Source: Candidatus Latescibacterota bacterium (GTDB taxonomy: Bacteria > Latescibacterota > UBA2968). Taken from it: DNA of 64,000 nt. Below, one piece after another: positions 29,940 through 39,106 of this stretch (the first letter of the stretch is position 1; each line of letters opens with the position of its first letter). The stretch covers positions 2,176,001 through 2,240,000 of the forward strand of contig OZ241986.1 in NCBI GenBank assembly GCA_965204375.1. The letters are read 5' to 3'. The notes beneath the pieces were generated by a model that saw only the letters and a program-made list of their open reading frames with translations, was not told the DNA's origin and did no database searches. A program made the position numbers and the translations under genes.

Positions 29940-30842
29940 TTAAGTAATTACAATACGTCTCGGACCGATTGGCCTGCTCGCTGGTAAAACGGGCGTAGAT
30001 GGAAAAGGTCTTGTGCGATCACTGAGTTCACACAGCGCGCGAACCCGTTCTTCTGTCGGAGGATGTGTGCGAAGCCAGCGCGGACCGGTCCTGGCATCAG
30101 AGGTATAAATAAATCGAAAACGGCGTTGCAAGCGGGAAAGGTAACGGTTCGCCTGTTCCAATTTGATCAGGGCATTGCCCAAACCACCGGGATCGCCAGT
30201 GAGCATCACAGCATCGCGATCCGCGAGAAATTCCCGCGTACGCATCAGGGTTGCATGGAGAAAAATGGCGCCATAAGGTGCGATACTGGTGAGCAAGATC
30301 AAAGGGATCAGATTTGTACCAATGCTTAACCACGCACCAGAAATGAAGAGCAAAAAGACCAGAATACCAAACAAAGTCGAAAGAAAAGATATGGCTCGCA
30401 CAAATAATCCAGCAGAAAGATTTAACAAGCTATCGCGATTTTTGAGATGTGCAAATTCGTGTGCGAGAACACCTGCGACTTCACGCCTATCGAGCAATCG
30501 CAGCACCCCGGAGCTAAGTGCCACAACGCCATTGCCAACGCCGAGTGCAAAGGCATTGGGCATATCCGAAGGGTATATCGCCAGACTGGGTGTCGGAATA
30601 TTGGCCCGCAAGGCAAGGGTTTTGGTAATGCGGTGCAACTCTGGCATTTCCCACTCTGAAATTGGACGTGCGCGATGAAACGAGAGTATCATCCGCGCAG
30701 ATCCACTCAGGGAAAACAGGTTGAATATGAGACTACCAGCGATAATAAGCACAACGCCGGTCCAGCCAAAAAGGGAATAAGCTACGAGAGCAAACAGCCC
30801 CACGATGCCGGCGAGTATTGCGAGGGATTGGAAGCGATACAT
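29940..30842 (-). CDS. htpX: HtpX-family M48 zinc metalloprotease
   Basis: PNAFA, GVLAHEFAH, REFLADR and THPPTEERV, plus TM helices. Confidence 0.85.
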   Translation of the reverse strand: MYRFQSLAILAGIVGLFALVAYSLFGWTGVVLIIAGSLIFNLFSLSGSARMILSFHRARPISEWEMPELHRITKTLALRANIPTPSLAIYPSDMPNAFALGVGNGVVALSSGVLRLLDRREVAGVLAHEFAHLKNRDSLLNLSAGLFVRAISFLSTLFGILVFLLFISGAWLSIGTNLIPLILLTSIAPYGAIFLHATLMRTREFLADRDAVMLTGDPGGLGNALIKLEQANRYLSRLQRRFRFIYTSDARTGPRWLRTHPPTEERVRALCELSDRTRPFPSTPVLPASRPIGPRRIVIT

Positions 30843-30895
30843 TGTGATCTCCTACTGAGGTGAGAGAGCTAACGGGGTCACTACTCCCAAAATTA

Positions 30896-30911
30896 TGCAA
30901 AGATCGTGCCT
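30896..30911 (-). promoter_or_regulatory. Sigma54 (-24/-12) promoter upstream of the htpX-like gene
   Basis: Reverse strand AGGCAC-GATCT-TTGCA gives GG-N10-GC; AT-rich linker and inverted repeat at 30987-31012 upstream. Confidence 0.7.
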
Positions 30912-31059
30912 GAAACACCAATATGAATAAGATATTGATAATAAAAATCTTATATTCCTGAAGAAAAAACAAAATACACAAGCGAATGCCAATTTGACGG
31001 ACCGAAATGGCAAGGGGTAAAAACGGCAGGACGAAATGTCGGGATTTTTGTCTGTACAC

Positions 31060-31100
31060 AAAAAACGGCGGTGGATTATTATGTCCACTGCCGTTTTTTT
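31060..31100. terminator. Intrinsic terminator hairpin
   Basis: AAAAAACGGCGGTGGA...TCCACTGCCGTTTTTT downstream of 31125-31622. Confidence 0.75.
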
Positions 31101-31124
31101 AATCACTACAGCCAAATTTGAAAC

Positions 31125-31622
31125 TCAGAGTTGAAAATTCAATCCAACAGAGAAAGGTTGCTCAAGAATACCTTCTGCCTTCGCTATGGGAATCGTCCAG
31201 AATGTATTGAGATTCAGGGCAACCCGCTTATGCAAAGAAATAAGCGCCCCGATCTTTGGTTGAAAGAAAACACCGGAGTTTTCAGGTCGATAAATCGTAC
31301 CACCCGAAAGCGTATAATAAAATCTGAACCGCCCCACAATCTTATGAACATTGCGGATACCCACACCAAGCGTAAACTGACGCCTACCGTCTGATTCCCA
31401 GGGATGTTTATTGATCTGATCGCCATAAGCCATTGCAACCTCCAGGCCAATAGATGGTTTCAGACCCAACACGCCCAATAGCTTTACTCGAGATTGGTAA
31501 CCATCAACTGGAGAATTTGCAAATTCTCCTTCCACGCCGATATAGTTGTGTTTCGTTTCCTCGGCAGCAACCGGACTGAACAGAAGCATCAAAAACATTG
31601 AGAAACAAAGTAATTTTTTCAT
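31125..31622 (-). CDS. Small outer-membrane beta-barrel protein
   Basis: Signal peptide, amphipathic strands, C-terminal SVGLNFQL, SD AGGAGG. Confidence 0.6.
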   Translation of the reverse strand: MKKLLCFSMFLMLLFSPVAAEETKHNYIGVEGEFANSPVDGYQSRVKLLGVLGLKPSIGLEVAMAYGDQINKHPWESDGRRQFTLGVGIRNVHKIVGRFRFYYTLSGGTIYRPENSGVFFQPKIGALISLHKRVALNLNTFWTIPIAKAEGILEQPFSVGLNFQL

Positions 31623-31646
31623 CTATAGCTCCTCCTTGAGTTGTAT

Positions 31647-31883
31647 CTATATTGTTCGGTACCTTTTTATAGCATCATCAATTGTCTGAGCTTTGATTCC
31701 GCCTTTTCGCCGCACTTCGGAATAAATGGCCTGTACATCTTTAAAGAGTTGTTCTTTCCAGCCGAATTTCTCGTGTAATTTTAAGAAGGCCTCAATCGCC
31801 GCCTGTAAGTTTCCGTCATAGTCATCTCTTACAATATCCCGGAAATGTTTTTCAAGACCTCTCGGCAAATCTATGGAAATCAT
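31647..31883 (-). CDS. Small hypothetical protein, antitoxin-like
   Basis: 78 aa with SD GAGG; MISIDLPRGLE strand-helix start and IDDAIKRYR end resemble RHH antitoxins. Confidence 0.45.
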   Translation of the reverse strand: MISIDLPRGLEKHFRDIVRDDYDGNLQAAIEAFLKLHEKFGWKEQLFKDVQAIYSEVRRKGGIKAQTIDDAIKRYRTI

Positions 31884-32020
31884 ATTAACCTCGACTTAGA
31901 ATGGGGCTGTGTCAAACTCACTCCCCAAACACCTCATCACCTGTACATAAAAACTAAACTCTTGAATAAAAACGAATTTATTGTGAAAAAGCAATCAGAT
32001 ATTTTCATAACAGCTTAAAA

Positions 32021-32048
32021 ACAGAGCGGCAGGTCTCCACCGCTCTGT
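32021..32048 (-). terminator. Hairpin/terminator of the AGAGCGG..CCGCTCT family (copy 1)
   Basis: ACAGAGCGG...CCGCTCTGT after the WG-repeat gene. Confidence 0.65.
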
Positions 32049-32062
32049 ATATCACACAAAAA

Positions 32063-33373
32063 TCATTTCGTTTTCCTAAAACTCCTCGCATCGTCAAATT
32101 GCGGCTCAATCACGACCTCACCTTTCGCATTGATATATCCATGCTTATCATCAATTTTTAATACGGCCAGACCATTAGAAAGAGTGGAAATATAGAAAGG
32201 ATAATCAACTTGCGGCTCAATGACGAACTCACCTTCAGTATTGATATACCCTTTTTTTTTGTCATTTTTTCTTACAAGTGCCAATCCGTTATCAAAAAAA
32301 AATGCCAGTTCAAATTGTGGCTCAATTACAATCTTGCCTTCCCGATCAATATACCCCCATTTGTCTCCGACCATTACACGCACCAATCCCTCTGAAAAAT
32401 ACCAAGCATTATCAACGTACTCGGTGTTCGTACGTCCATTCGACTCTTGAGAAGAATAGGCATCATAAAATTGTGGCTCAATCACATACTCACCTTTAGC
32501 ATCGATATATCCCCACTTACCCATGTAAGATCTCCCAATTTTTACGCCCGCCAATCCCTCTGAAAAATCCTTTGCCTCATCAAACCGAGGTTCAATCACA
32601 ACCTCGCCTTTAGCATTGATATACCCATACCTGCCACGGTAGTCCCCGATTCTCACTACCGCCAATCCCTCTGAAAAATCCTTTGCCTCATCAAACCGAG
32701 GTTCAATCACAACCTCGCCTTTAGCATTGATATACCCATACCTGCCACGGTAGTCCCCGATTCTCACTACCGCCAATCCCTCTGAAAAATCCTTTGCCTC
32801 ATCAAACCGAGGTTCAATCACAACCTCGCCTTTAGCATTGATATACCCATACCTGCCACGGTAGTCCCCGATTCTCACTACCGCCAATCCCTCTGAAAAA
32901 TCCTCTGCCGAATCAAATAGTATCTCAATCACAATCTCGCCTTCAGGGTTGATATATCCATACGTGAGATTGCCCTTGCTACCGATACCTACTACTGCCA
33001 ATCCTTCAGAAAAAGAATGTGCATGGTCAAATTGTATCTCGATCGCGACCTCACCTTCTGCGTTGATATACCCCCACTTGTCGCTATCAGAGTCCCCGAT
33101 TCTCGCTACCGCCAATCCCTCTGAAAAAGACCAGGCAGAGTCAAATTTAGGCTCAATCACGACCTCACCTGCTGTGTTTATATACCCCCACTTGTCTCCG
33201 ATTTTTACCGCTGCCAACATCCCCTCCATTGTCACAGTATCCAGTTTTGTCTCAATCCTCACATCATCAGTTTTTAGGGTCCCCCTTTCATCTGATTCTG
33301 GGGCTGACTCTCCCGAATCAGAGCACGAAAACAGAAGGGTTGAGAAAATCAGGATATATAAGATATTGTTCAT
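32063..33373 (-). CDS. WG-repeat (KWG Leptospira-type) lipoprotein, copy 1
   Basis: LFSC lipobox and repeated KWGYINxxGEVVIEPxFDxAxxFSEGLAxV. Start at 33373 after GGAGG. Confidence 0.9.
   Translation of the reverse strand: MNNILYILIFSTLLFSCSDSGESAPESDERGTLKTDDVRIETKLDTVTMEGMLAAVKIGDKWGYINTAGEVVIEPKFDSAWSFSEGLAVARIGDSDSDKWGYINAEGEVAIEIQFDHAHSFSEGLAVVGIGSKGNLTYGYINPEGEIVIEILFDSAEDFSEGLAVVRIGDYRGRYGYINAKGEVVIEPRFDEAKDFSEGLAVVRIGDYRGRYGYINAKGEVVIEPRFDEAKDFSEGLAVVRIGDYRGRYGYINAKGEVVIEPRFDEAKDFSEGLAGVKIGRSYMGKWGYIDAKGEYVIEPQFYDAYSSQESNGRTNTEYVDNAWYFSEGLVRVMVGDKWGYIDREGKIVIEPQFELAFFFDNGLALVRKNDKKKGYINTEGEFVIEPQVDYPFYISTLSNGLAVLKIDDKHGYINAKGEVVIEPQFDDARSFRKTK
32548..32904. repeat. Three identical 111-bp tandem repeats (plus a partial unit) inside the WG-repeat gene
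   Basis: Units start at 32548, 32659, 32770 and 32881; each encodes FSEGLAVVRIGDYRGRYGYINAKGEVVIEPRFDEAKD. Confidence 0.9.
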
Positions 33374-33502
33374 TGCAACACCTCCCCTTCCCGTGACAGA
33401 ACCTGTCCCCTTCTCGCAACCCAATCAAATACGACATCTTGAGCAACACTACTCTACTGATCTGGGTGAAATCGTCAGCTATTCCAACTATTCTTTTGGT
33501 AA

Positions 33503-35404
33503 TCAAAATTTGATCAACTGAGTCATCCATACAGCTACGGATTTGCCATTGTGTTCGGCAGGCTTGAACTGAAATTGTGATATTGCATCTATCGCCGCTT
33601 GTCGAAATACCTCCGGTCCTATGGTTCTCAAAACCGTCACATCACTCACCGAGCCATCTACATTAACTATGAACTTCAAAAAGACTTTGCCTTTCAAACT
33701 ATCTCTGATTGCCTCCTCGGGATGCACAGGCTTAACAGAGTGCAGAAGCTTGGGTTTTGCTTCAACCATAAAAAATTCGAGGACCTTACCACTGTCAACA
33801 TCAGCAGACGCAGACGACGCGTTCTGTTGCTTTGGTTTGAATTTTTGTTTCTCTTCAATCAATTTTGCCAATGCAACCTCCTCTTGCGTTGGTGCGAATC
33901 CGGAGCTTTGGGAACCCCCGACTAGTTCTACACCATTACCAATCGCAATTGGTGGGATAAAGCTGACCGAATAAAACAACTCTGATGCCAGTTCCAGTTC
34001 TGATCTTTCAAACTTAAACTGTTGCATCATCCATGCAGGCATAGCTTTGCCATCGTGTTTCGCAGGCTTGAACCGCCATTGCGATACCGCTTCTATGACC
34101 GTTTGATGAAATATCTCTGGTCCCTTCAAAATGCGCACATCACTCACTGAGCCATCCACGTTAATTAAAAATCTCAATGACACTGTGCCTTCTACCTGAT
34201 CTCTGATTGCCTTTCCAGGATATACAGGTATAACATCATTTATAAGAACGGCCTTCCTCGAAACCTCGGGTTTTTCCGTGATCTCGATCTTTTCCTCAAC
34301 CTCGGTTAATTCTATAAACTTACGACTATCAGCATTGCCAGAAGCAGGCAATGTACTCTGTTGCCCCGGCATGGGTTCGGACTTTGTCCCATCCTCGACC
34401 AATCCCATAACCTCAAGACCACCTTCATCCTGCGTGTACGCTTCCCGAATAGAAAAAGGTACAATAGCCAGACCAATGAGAATCGGAATTGCCAACTGCC
34501 ATCTGGACCGTTTCACATAGTCTTCCTTGAAATTGAGTACATATTCCAATCGTTTCTTGAGCGCGGTTCCACGCTCATTGAAATACAGCGCACTTAGAGC
34601 CGGGCGTTTGTCAACAAATCCGAACAACAACCGCCCGTATTCAGCAGGCGTCAGATTCGTCTCGCGCAACACTGCCTCGTCACAGCGCAACTCGCGCAAA
34701 AAAGTCAGCCTTCGGTTCAGCAGCCAGACCAGCGGATTGATGCAAAACAGCGCCATCGCAATCCCCTGAAAAATCAGCACCCAGATATCGCGATTATCTC
34801 GATGCGCCAACTCGTGTGCAACGACGCCGCGCAACTCCTCAGACGACCAGGACGACCAATGCGCTGGCAAATACAATCTCGGTTTTACAATACCGACCAG
34901 AAGTGGAGAGCGCAGACTGGCTTTCGCATAAACCTTCAGATCCCGCGCCTCACTCAGCGATCCCGCCTCCCTCGCCAGATCAACAGGCACTGCCGAACAG
35001 AGCGCGCGGTGAAACGCCGCATTCTTCCACAACGTCACGCCAGCCCATACCAGAACCGAAACCCCCCACAGACAAAACAGATAAAACGCCAGTGAAGGAG
35101 GTGGCTCAGGTACAACAACCTTATAGACCACATTATAATAAACAGGATCGACAGAAATATCTTCCAGCACACCATAAGAAGGAGCGGGGTACAAAAACGT
35201 CAAAAACTCTGGCAGCGGAATGGCGTAAAAAGGCGGCACAAACACCTTCGCCAACGCCAACAAATAGAGGACATATCGCAACCGCGTATCCAGCGTCATC
35301 CAGCGATCCACTGCCCACACCAGCAAAATGAACAGCGATACCTCGACAAAATGCACAGCATAAAGCGGCCACCACGCCTCGGCCAAATAGATCAACAAAT
35401 TCAT
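33503..35404 (-). CDS. BlaR1-like M56 metallopeptidase fused to two TonB C-terminal domains, copy 1
   Basis: HELAH, NPLVW, RELRCD and LKKRL; two YP..A....EG.V.L.F.VNVDGSV...FKPA..G domains. Confidence 0.9.
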   Translation of the reverse strand: MNLLIYLAEAWWPLYAVHFVEVSLFILLVWAVDRWMTLDTRLRYVLYLLALAKVFVPPFYAIPLPEFLTFLYPAPSYGVLEDISVDPVYYNVVYKVVVPEPPPSLAFYLFCLWGVSVLVWAGVTLWKNAAFHRALCSAVPVDLAREAGSLSEARDLKVYAKASLRSPLLVGIVKPRLYLPAHWSSWSSEELRGVVAHELAHRDNRDIWVLIFQGIAMALFCINPLVWLLNRRLTFLRELRCDEAVLRETNLTPAEYGRLLFGFVDKRPALSALYFNERGTALKKRLEYVLNFKEDYVKRSRWQLAIPILIGLAIVPFSIREAYTQDEGGLEVMGLVEDGTKSEPMPGQQSTLPASGNADSRKFIELTEVEEKIEITEKPEVSRKAVLINDVIPVYPGKAIRDQVEGTVSLRFLINVDGSVSDVRILKGPEIFHQTVIEAVSQWRFKPAKHDGKAMPAWMMQQFKFERSELELASELFYSVSFIPPIAIGNGVELVGGSQSSGFAPTQEEVALAKLIEEKQKFKPKQQNASSASADVDSGKVLEFFMVEAKPKLLHSVKPVHPEEAIRDSLKGKVFLKFIVNVDGSVSDVTVLRTIGPEVFRQAAIDAISQFQFKPAEHNGKSVAVWMTQLIKF

Positions 35405-35790
35405 TACGCGCCTCCTTTCTCCCTCGCCTCAATCAGCGCGCGCAACTCATCTAACTCTTTTTGTGAAAGCTCACCAGAATCCACGAGATACGTTGCCAGT
35501 GCTCCAAAGGATCCCTCAAACATGCGAGACACCAGCGTGCGCGTCTCGTCCTGCGCCGCATCTTCTCGCGACAAAGCCGATTTGTACACATTCACCGGAC
35601 CGATCTTCTGCCGATTGAGCACACCCTTTTCAAACAGAATATTCATAATCGTCTGCACCGTCGTATAAGCCTTCTCGCCATTGGGATACAGGTAATCGAC
35701 AACATCGCGCACCGTAACCTGACGGTTGAGATGCCACACGCCATCCATCACTTCCCACTCGGCCTCAGATAGCCGTTTCTTCGCGGCCAT
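35404..35790 (-). CDS. BlaI/MecI/CopY-family repressor, copy 1
   Basis: LSEAEWEVMDGVW, AYTTVQTIMNILFEKG and LSQKELDELR. Confidence 0.92.
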   Translation of the reverse strand: MAAKKRLSEAEWEVMDGVWHLNRQVTVRDVVDYLYPNGEKAYTTVQTIMNILFEKGVLNRQKIGPVNVYKSALSREDAAQDETRTLVSRMFEGSFGALATYLVDSGELSQKELDELRALIEAREKGGA

Positions 35791-35807
35791 AAGACCCTCC
35801 TTGAAAT

Positions 35808-35854
35808 TATTACTAATTTTTTAGTAATATGACGAACCAATTAGGAGAAGTCAA
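35808..35854 (-). promoter_or_regulatory. Promoter TTGACT-N17-CATATT with overlapping BlaI-type operator TATTACTAA-TTTT-TTAGTAATA, copy 1
   Basis: Palindrome at 35808-35829; -35 at 35849-35854. Confidence 0.8.
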
Positions 35855-35950
35855 GCAAAAATCTCATTTTTTAAACAAAAAAAAGAGCGGCAGATGTCCA
35901 TCACTCTGTTACGCGACTAATCGGCCATCTTTTTTTCCTGCCTTCCTCGC

Positions 35951-37768
35951 TCAACCACCATCATCCAAACGCCTGGGCGGAGACACCAGAGCCATACCCC
36001 GGACATAAGCCCAATGCCGAGCGGCTTTGGCGAGTTTGGAATTTCCAGACGCGAGCATCGCGCTGGCCATGCGCTCATCGCCTTCGTGCTCCAGAGCCTG
36101 AACAAGAGCAGAAGTTGCAAATGCGGAATACTCGCGAATAAAAAATGGGTGCGCCGCTGCAATAACATCCAGTTCGCGTTCTCGCAAAGCGCGTTTTAAG
36201 ACCTCGACAACTCGATCGCCACCGATCTCAGAAAGCCTCAGAGCCGCCGCAATGCGTTCCACCCCCTTGCCATTCTCAAATGCTGAAATCCACGCATCTA
36301 CTTTCTCCCGTACATCGCGCCTGTTGCGCCAATCCGGCTCAATATCCCGAAGTGCTCTCACCGCCATCTGCACATTCGCCCCCTTGCCCAGCATTTCCAC
36401 CAGCACAGGTACCACACGCGCATCCCTCAATGTGACAAGTGTCCACGCTGCAGACCAGCGCACAAAAACCGAGCTATCATTTAACGCTTGCGCCAGAGCA
36501 TCCGCCGATCGCAGATCGCCTATTTGTCCCAAAGAGTGTATAGCGGAGCTTCGGACCTGTATCCCTGGATGGTCCAGTAAGCGGATCAAAGTATCTATTC
36601 CTCGCCTGTCATTTAGGGCACCCAGAGCGCGGGCAATTGCCCCCATCAATTCATCTCCAGATCGCCCCTGTAAATGCATCTCCCGATCCACGACTGAGAC
36701 CAGCATATCAACAGCACTCGTATCGCGCAATGCGCCCAATGCTCGCGCCGCTGCTGCGCGAACATACCTATCTTCTCCCACAACTACGCGCCTTAATACA
36801 CCTGCCGCGCGCTTATCTCTCATTTTGCCCAGCGACTGAATGGCTTGCCGACGCACATCGCGATTTCGATCTTCTATTGCGCCAAGCAATGCCTGCACTG
36901 CCCGCTGATCTTTTAAATCGCCCAAAAAACGCGCAGCGACCTGTCGCTCTTTGTCATTACCCACCGTCATCCAGCGGCACCAGTGCATCACTACCTCTTC
37001 TGCCCAATCTTTCTCTCGCCAGTTGGGGACAACCGCGTTGAGCCCCTCCAATGCGCGAAACCGAACAATTGTCCGGTCATCGCCCAGTACATCATCTTGC
37101 ATCAAATCGCGCCGAAATCTCCCCACAGCCATCTCGATCTCTGGCCGCGTACGCCAATTTTTATCAAGCTGCGCCAGAGCAAACAGGACAGTCTGGCGCA
37201 TCTCCTCATCGCCCAACAAATTTGCCAAAGGGCCAATCGCCTGAGGCGCCCCAATGCGTCCCAAAGCCACTGCTGAAACCCATCGCACCTGGGACCTGTC
37301 ACTTTGCGTTTGCGAACACAGGACAGCGACCGCTGTCGAATCCCCGATCTGCCCCAACGCATCTATCGCCGCCAATCGCAATACAGGCACCTCCTTTTGC
37401 ACAACAGCGACCAATGCATCCACCGCCGTCGAATCTCCAACCTGACCCAGCGCATCTATCGCCGCCAATGCCAGAGCCGCCCGCTTGTCCTGCAAAAAAG
37501 GAATGAGCACCTCAGTCGCCCGCTTATCTTTCAGCATACTCAGCGCATCAATCGCCGCCAATCGCACCCGCGCTTTTTCATCTTTCAACGCCCGAATCAA
37601 ATGCGGTACAGCATCCAACTGACCACTCTCCCCCAACTTCTCAACCCCATATACCCGCACATCGACATCCACATGGCGCGACTGACGCACATATTCGTCA
37701 ATACCCCGAGAGCAACCGCCCAACACAAGCGCGAAAATCAGCCAAATGTATAACTTTCTCTTTTCCAT
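35951..37768 (-). CDS. HEAT-repeat (PBS lyase-like) putative lipoprotein
   Basis: LGGC lipobox and many VRxAAxxALGxxGDxxAVxxL repeats. Confidence 0.85.
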   Translation of the reverse strand: MEKRKLYIWLIFALVLGGCSRGIDEYVRQSRHVDVDVRVYGVEKLGESGQLDAVPHLIRALKDEKARVRLAAIDALSMLKDKRATEVLIPFLQDKRAALALAAIDALGQVGDSTAVDALVAVVQKEVPVLRLAAIDALGQIGDSTAVAVLCSQTQSDRSQVRWVSAVALGRIGAPQAIGPLANLLGDEEMRQTVLFALAQLDKNWRTRPEIEMAVGRFRRDLMQDDVLGDDRTIVRFRALEGLNAVVPNWREKDWAEEVVMHWCRWMTVGNDKERQVAARFLGDLKDQRAVQALLGAIEDRNRDVRRQAIQSLGKMRDKRAAGVLRRVVVGEDRYVRAAAARALGALRDTSAVDMLVSVVDREMHLQGRSGDELMGAIARALGALNDRRGIDTLIRLLDHPGIQVRSSAIHSLGQIGDLRSADALAQALNDSSVFVRWSAAWTLVTLRDARVVPVLVEMLGKGANVQMAVRALRDIEPDWRNRRDVREKVDAWISAFENGKGVERIAAALRLSEIGGDRVVEVLKRALRERELDVIAAAHPFFIREYSAFATSALVQALEHEGDERMASAMLASGNSKLAKAARHWAYVRGMALVSPPRRLDDGG

Positions 37769-37890
37769 CTATTATCCCTAATTCAGACCCCCCAAAATAT
37801 GCATTCCGGGGGGCATCTCTTTAGTGATCTTTGTAAACATCTTTCTCCTGAGCATAATTTATGACACATACCCAATATCGCACACAAAAA

Positions 37891-38991
37891 TTATTTCGTT
37901 TTTGCAAATCTCCCTGCACCATCAAATTGCGGCTCAATCACGACTTCACCTTTCGCATTGATATATCCATGCTTATCATCAATTTTTAATACGGCCAGAC
38001 CATTAGAAAGAGTGGAAATATAGAAAGGAGAATCAACTTGCGGCTCAATGACGAACTCTCCTTTAGTATTGATATACCCTTTTTTATCATTTCTTTTTGC
38101 AAGTGCCAATCCGTTACTAAAAGAATATGCCTTATCAAATTGTGGCTCGATCACAATCTTGCCTTCCCGATCAATATACCCCCACTTGTCTCCGATCATT
38201 ACATGCGCCAACCCCTCAGAAAAAGCATTCGCCTTATCAAATTGTGGCTTGATCGCGATCTTACCTCTCCCATCAATATATCCCCACCTGTCTCCGACTT
38301 GTACTGCCGCCAAGCCTTCGGAAAAAAGCCCAACAAAGTCAAATTGCGGCTCGATCTTGATCTCGCCTACTACGTTGATATATACCCACTTGCCCTTGAA
38401 GAAATTCCCGATTTTTACTACCGCCAACCCTCCAGAAAAAGGAAATGCCAGGTCAAATTGCGGCTCGATTACAACCTCGCCTGCTGCGTTGATATATCCA
38501 TACTTGCCTTTGGTGAAATCCCCGATTTTTACTATCCCCAACCCTTCAGAAAAAGAATACGCCTTATCAAATTGCGGCTTGATCACGAACTCACCTGCTG
38601 CGTTGATATATCCCCACTTGCCACTGATTAAACCTCCGATTCTTACTACCGCCAACCCCTCAGAAAAAGAATGCGCTTCGCCAAATTGTGGCTCAATCAC
38701 GACCTCGCCTGCTACGTTGATATATCCATACTTACCCCTATCAGAGTCCCCGATTCTCACTACCGCCAACCCCTCAGAAAAACGCCGAGCAGAGTCAAAT
38801 TGTGCCTCAATCACAACCTCACTGGCAACGTTGATATATCCCCATTTGTCTCCGATCTTTACTGCCGCCAACTTTTCAGTATCCAGTTTTGTCTCAGACT
38901 TCTCCACGGTTTCCACTGGAGACAACTTTCCCGAATCAGAGCAGGAAAACAGAAGTGTTGAGAAAATCAGGATGTATAAAATATTGTTCAT
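37891..38991 (-). CDS. WG-repeat lipoprotein, copy 2
   Basis: Same N-terminus and near-identical C-terminus as copy 1, with diverged internal repeats. Confidence 0.9.
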   Translation of the reverse strand: MNNILYILIFSTLLFSCSDSGKLSPVETVEKSETKLDTEKLAAVKIGDKWGYINVASEVVIEAQFDSARRFSEGLAVVRIGDSDRGKYGYINVAGEVVIEPQFGEAHSFSEGLAVVRIGGLISGKWGYINAAGEFVIKPQFDKAYSFSEGLGIVKIGDFTKGKYGYINAAGEVVIEPQFDLAFPFSGGLAVVKIGNFFKGKWVYINVVGEIKIEPQFDFVGLFSEGLAAVQVGDRWGYIDGRGKIAIKPQFDKANAFSEGLAHVMIGDKWGYIDREGKIVIEPQFDKAYSFSNGLALAKRNDKKGYINTKGEFVIEPQVDSPFYISTLSNGLAVLKIDDKHGYINAKGEVVIEPQFDGAGRFAKTK

Positions 38992-39106
38992 TGCAACACC
39001 TCCCTTTTTCGTGATAGAACCTGTTCCTGTCTCACAACCCAATTAAATACGACACTTCGAGCAGCACTGCTCGTCTGATCTGGGTGAAAATCGTCAGATG
39101 TTCCAA

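Noticed and set aside
30852-31115. Short ORFs (87-108 aa) upstream of htpX
   Set aside because: AT-rich regulatory DNA containing a sigma54 promoter, an inverted repeat and a terminator; the translations look non-protein-like
32548-32904. CRISPR or non-coding repeat
   Set aside because: The 111-bp units are in-frame coding repeats of the WG protein
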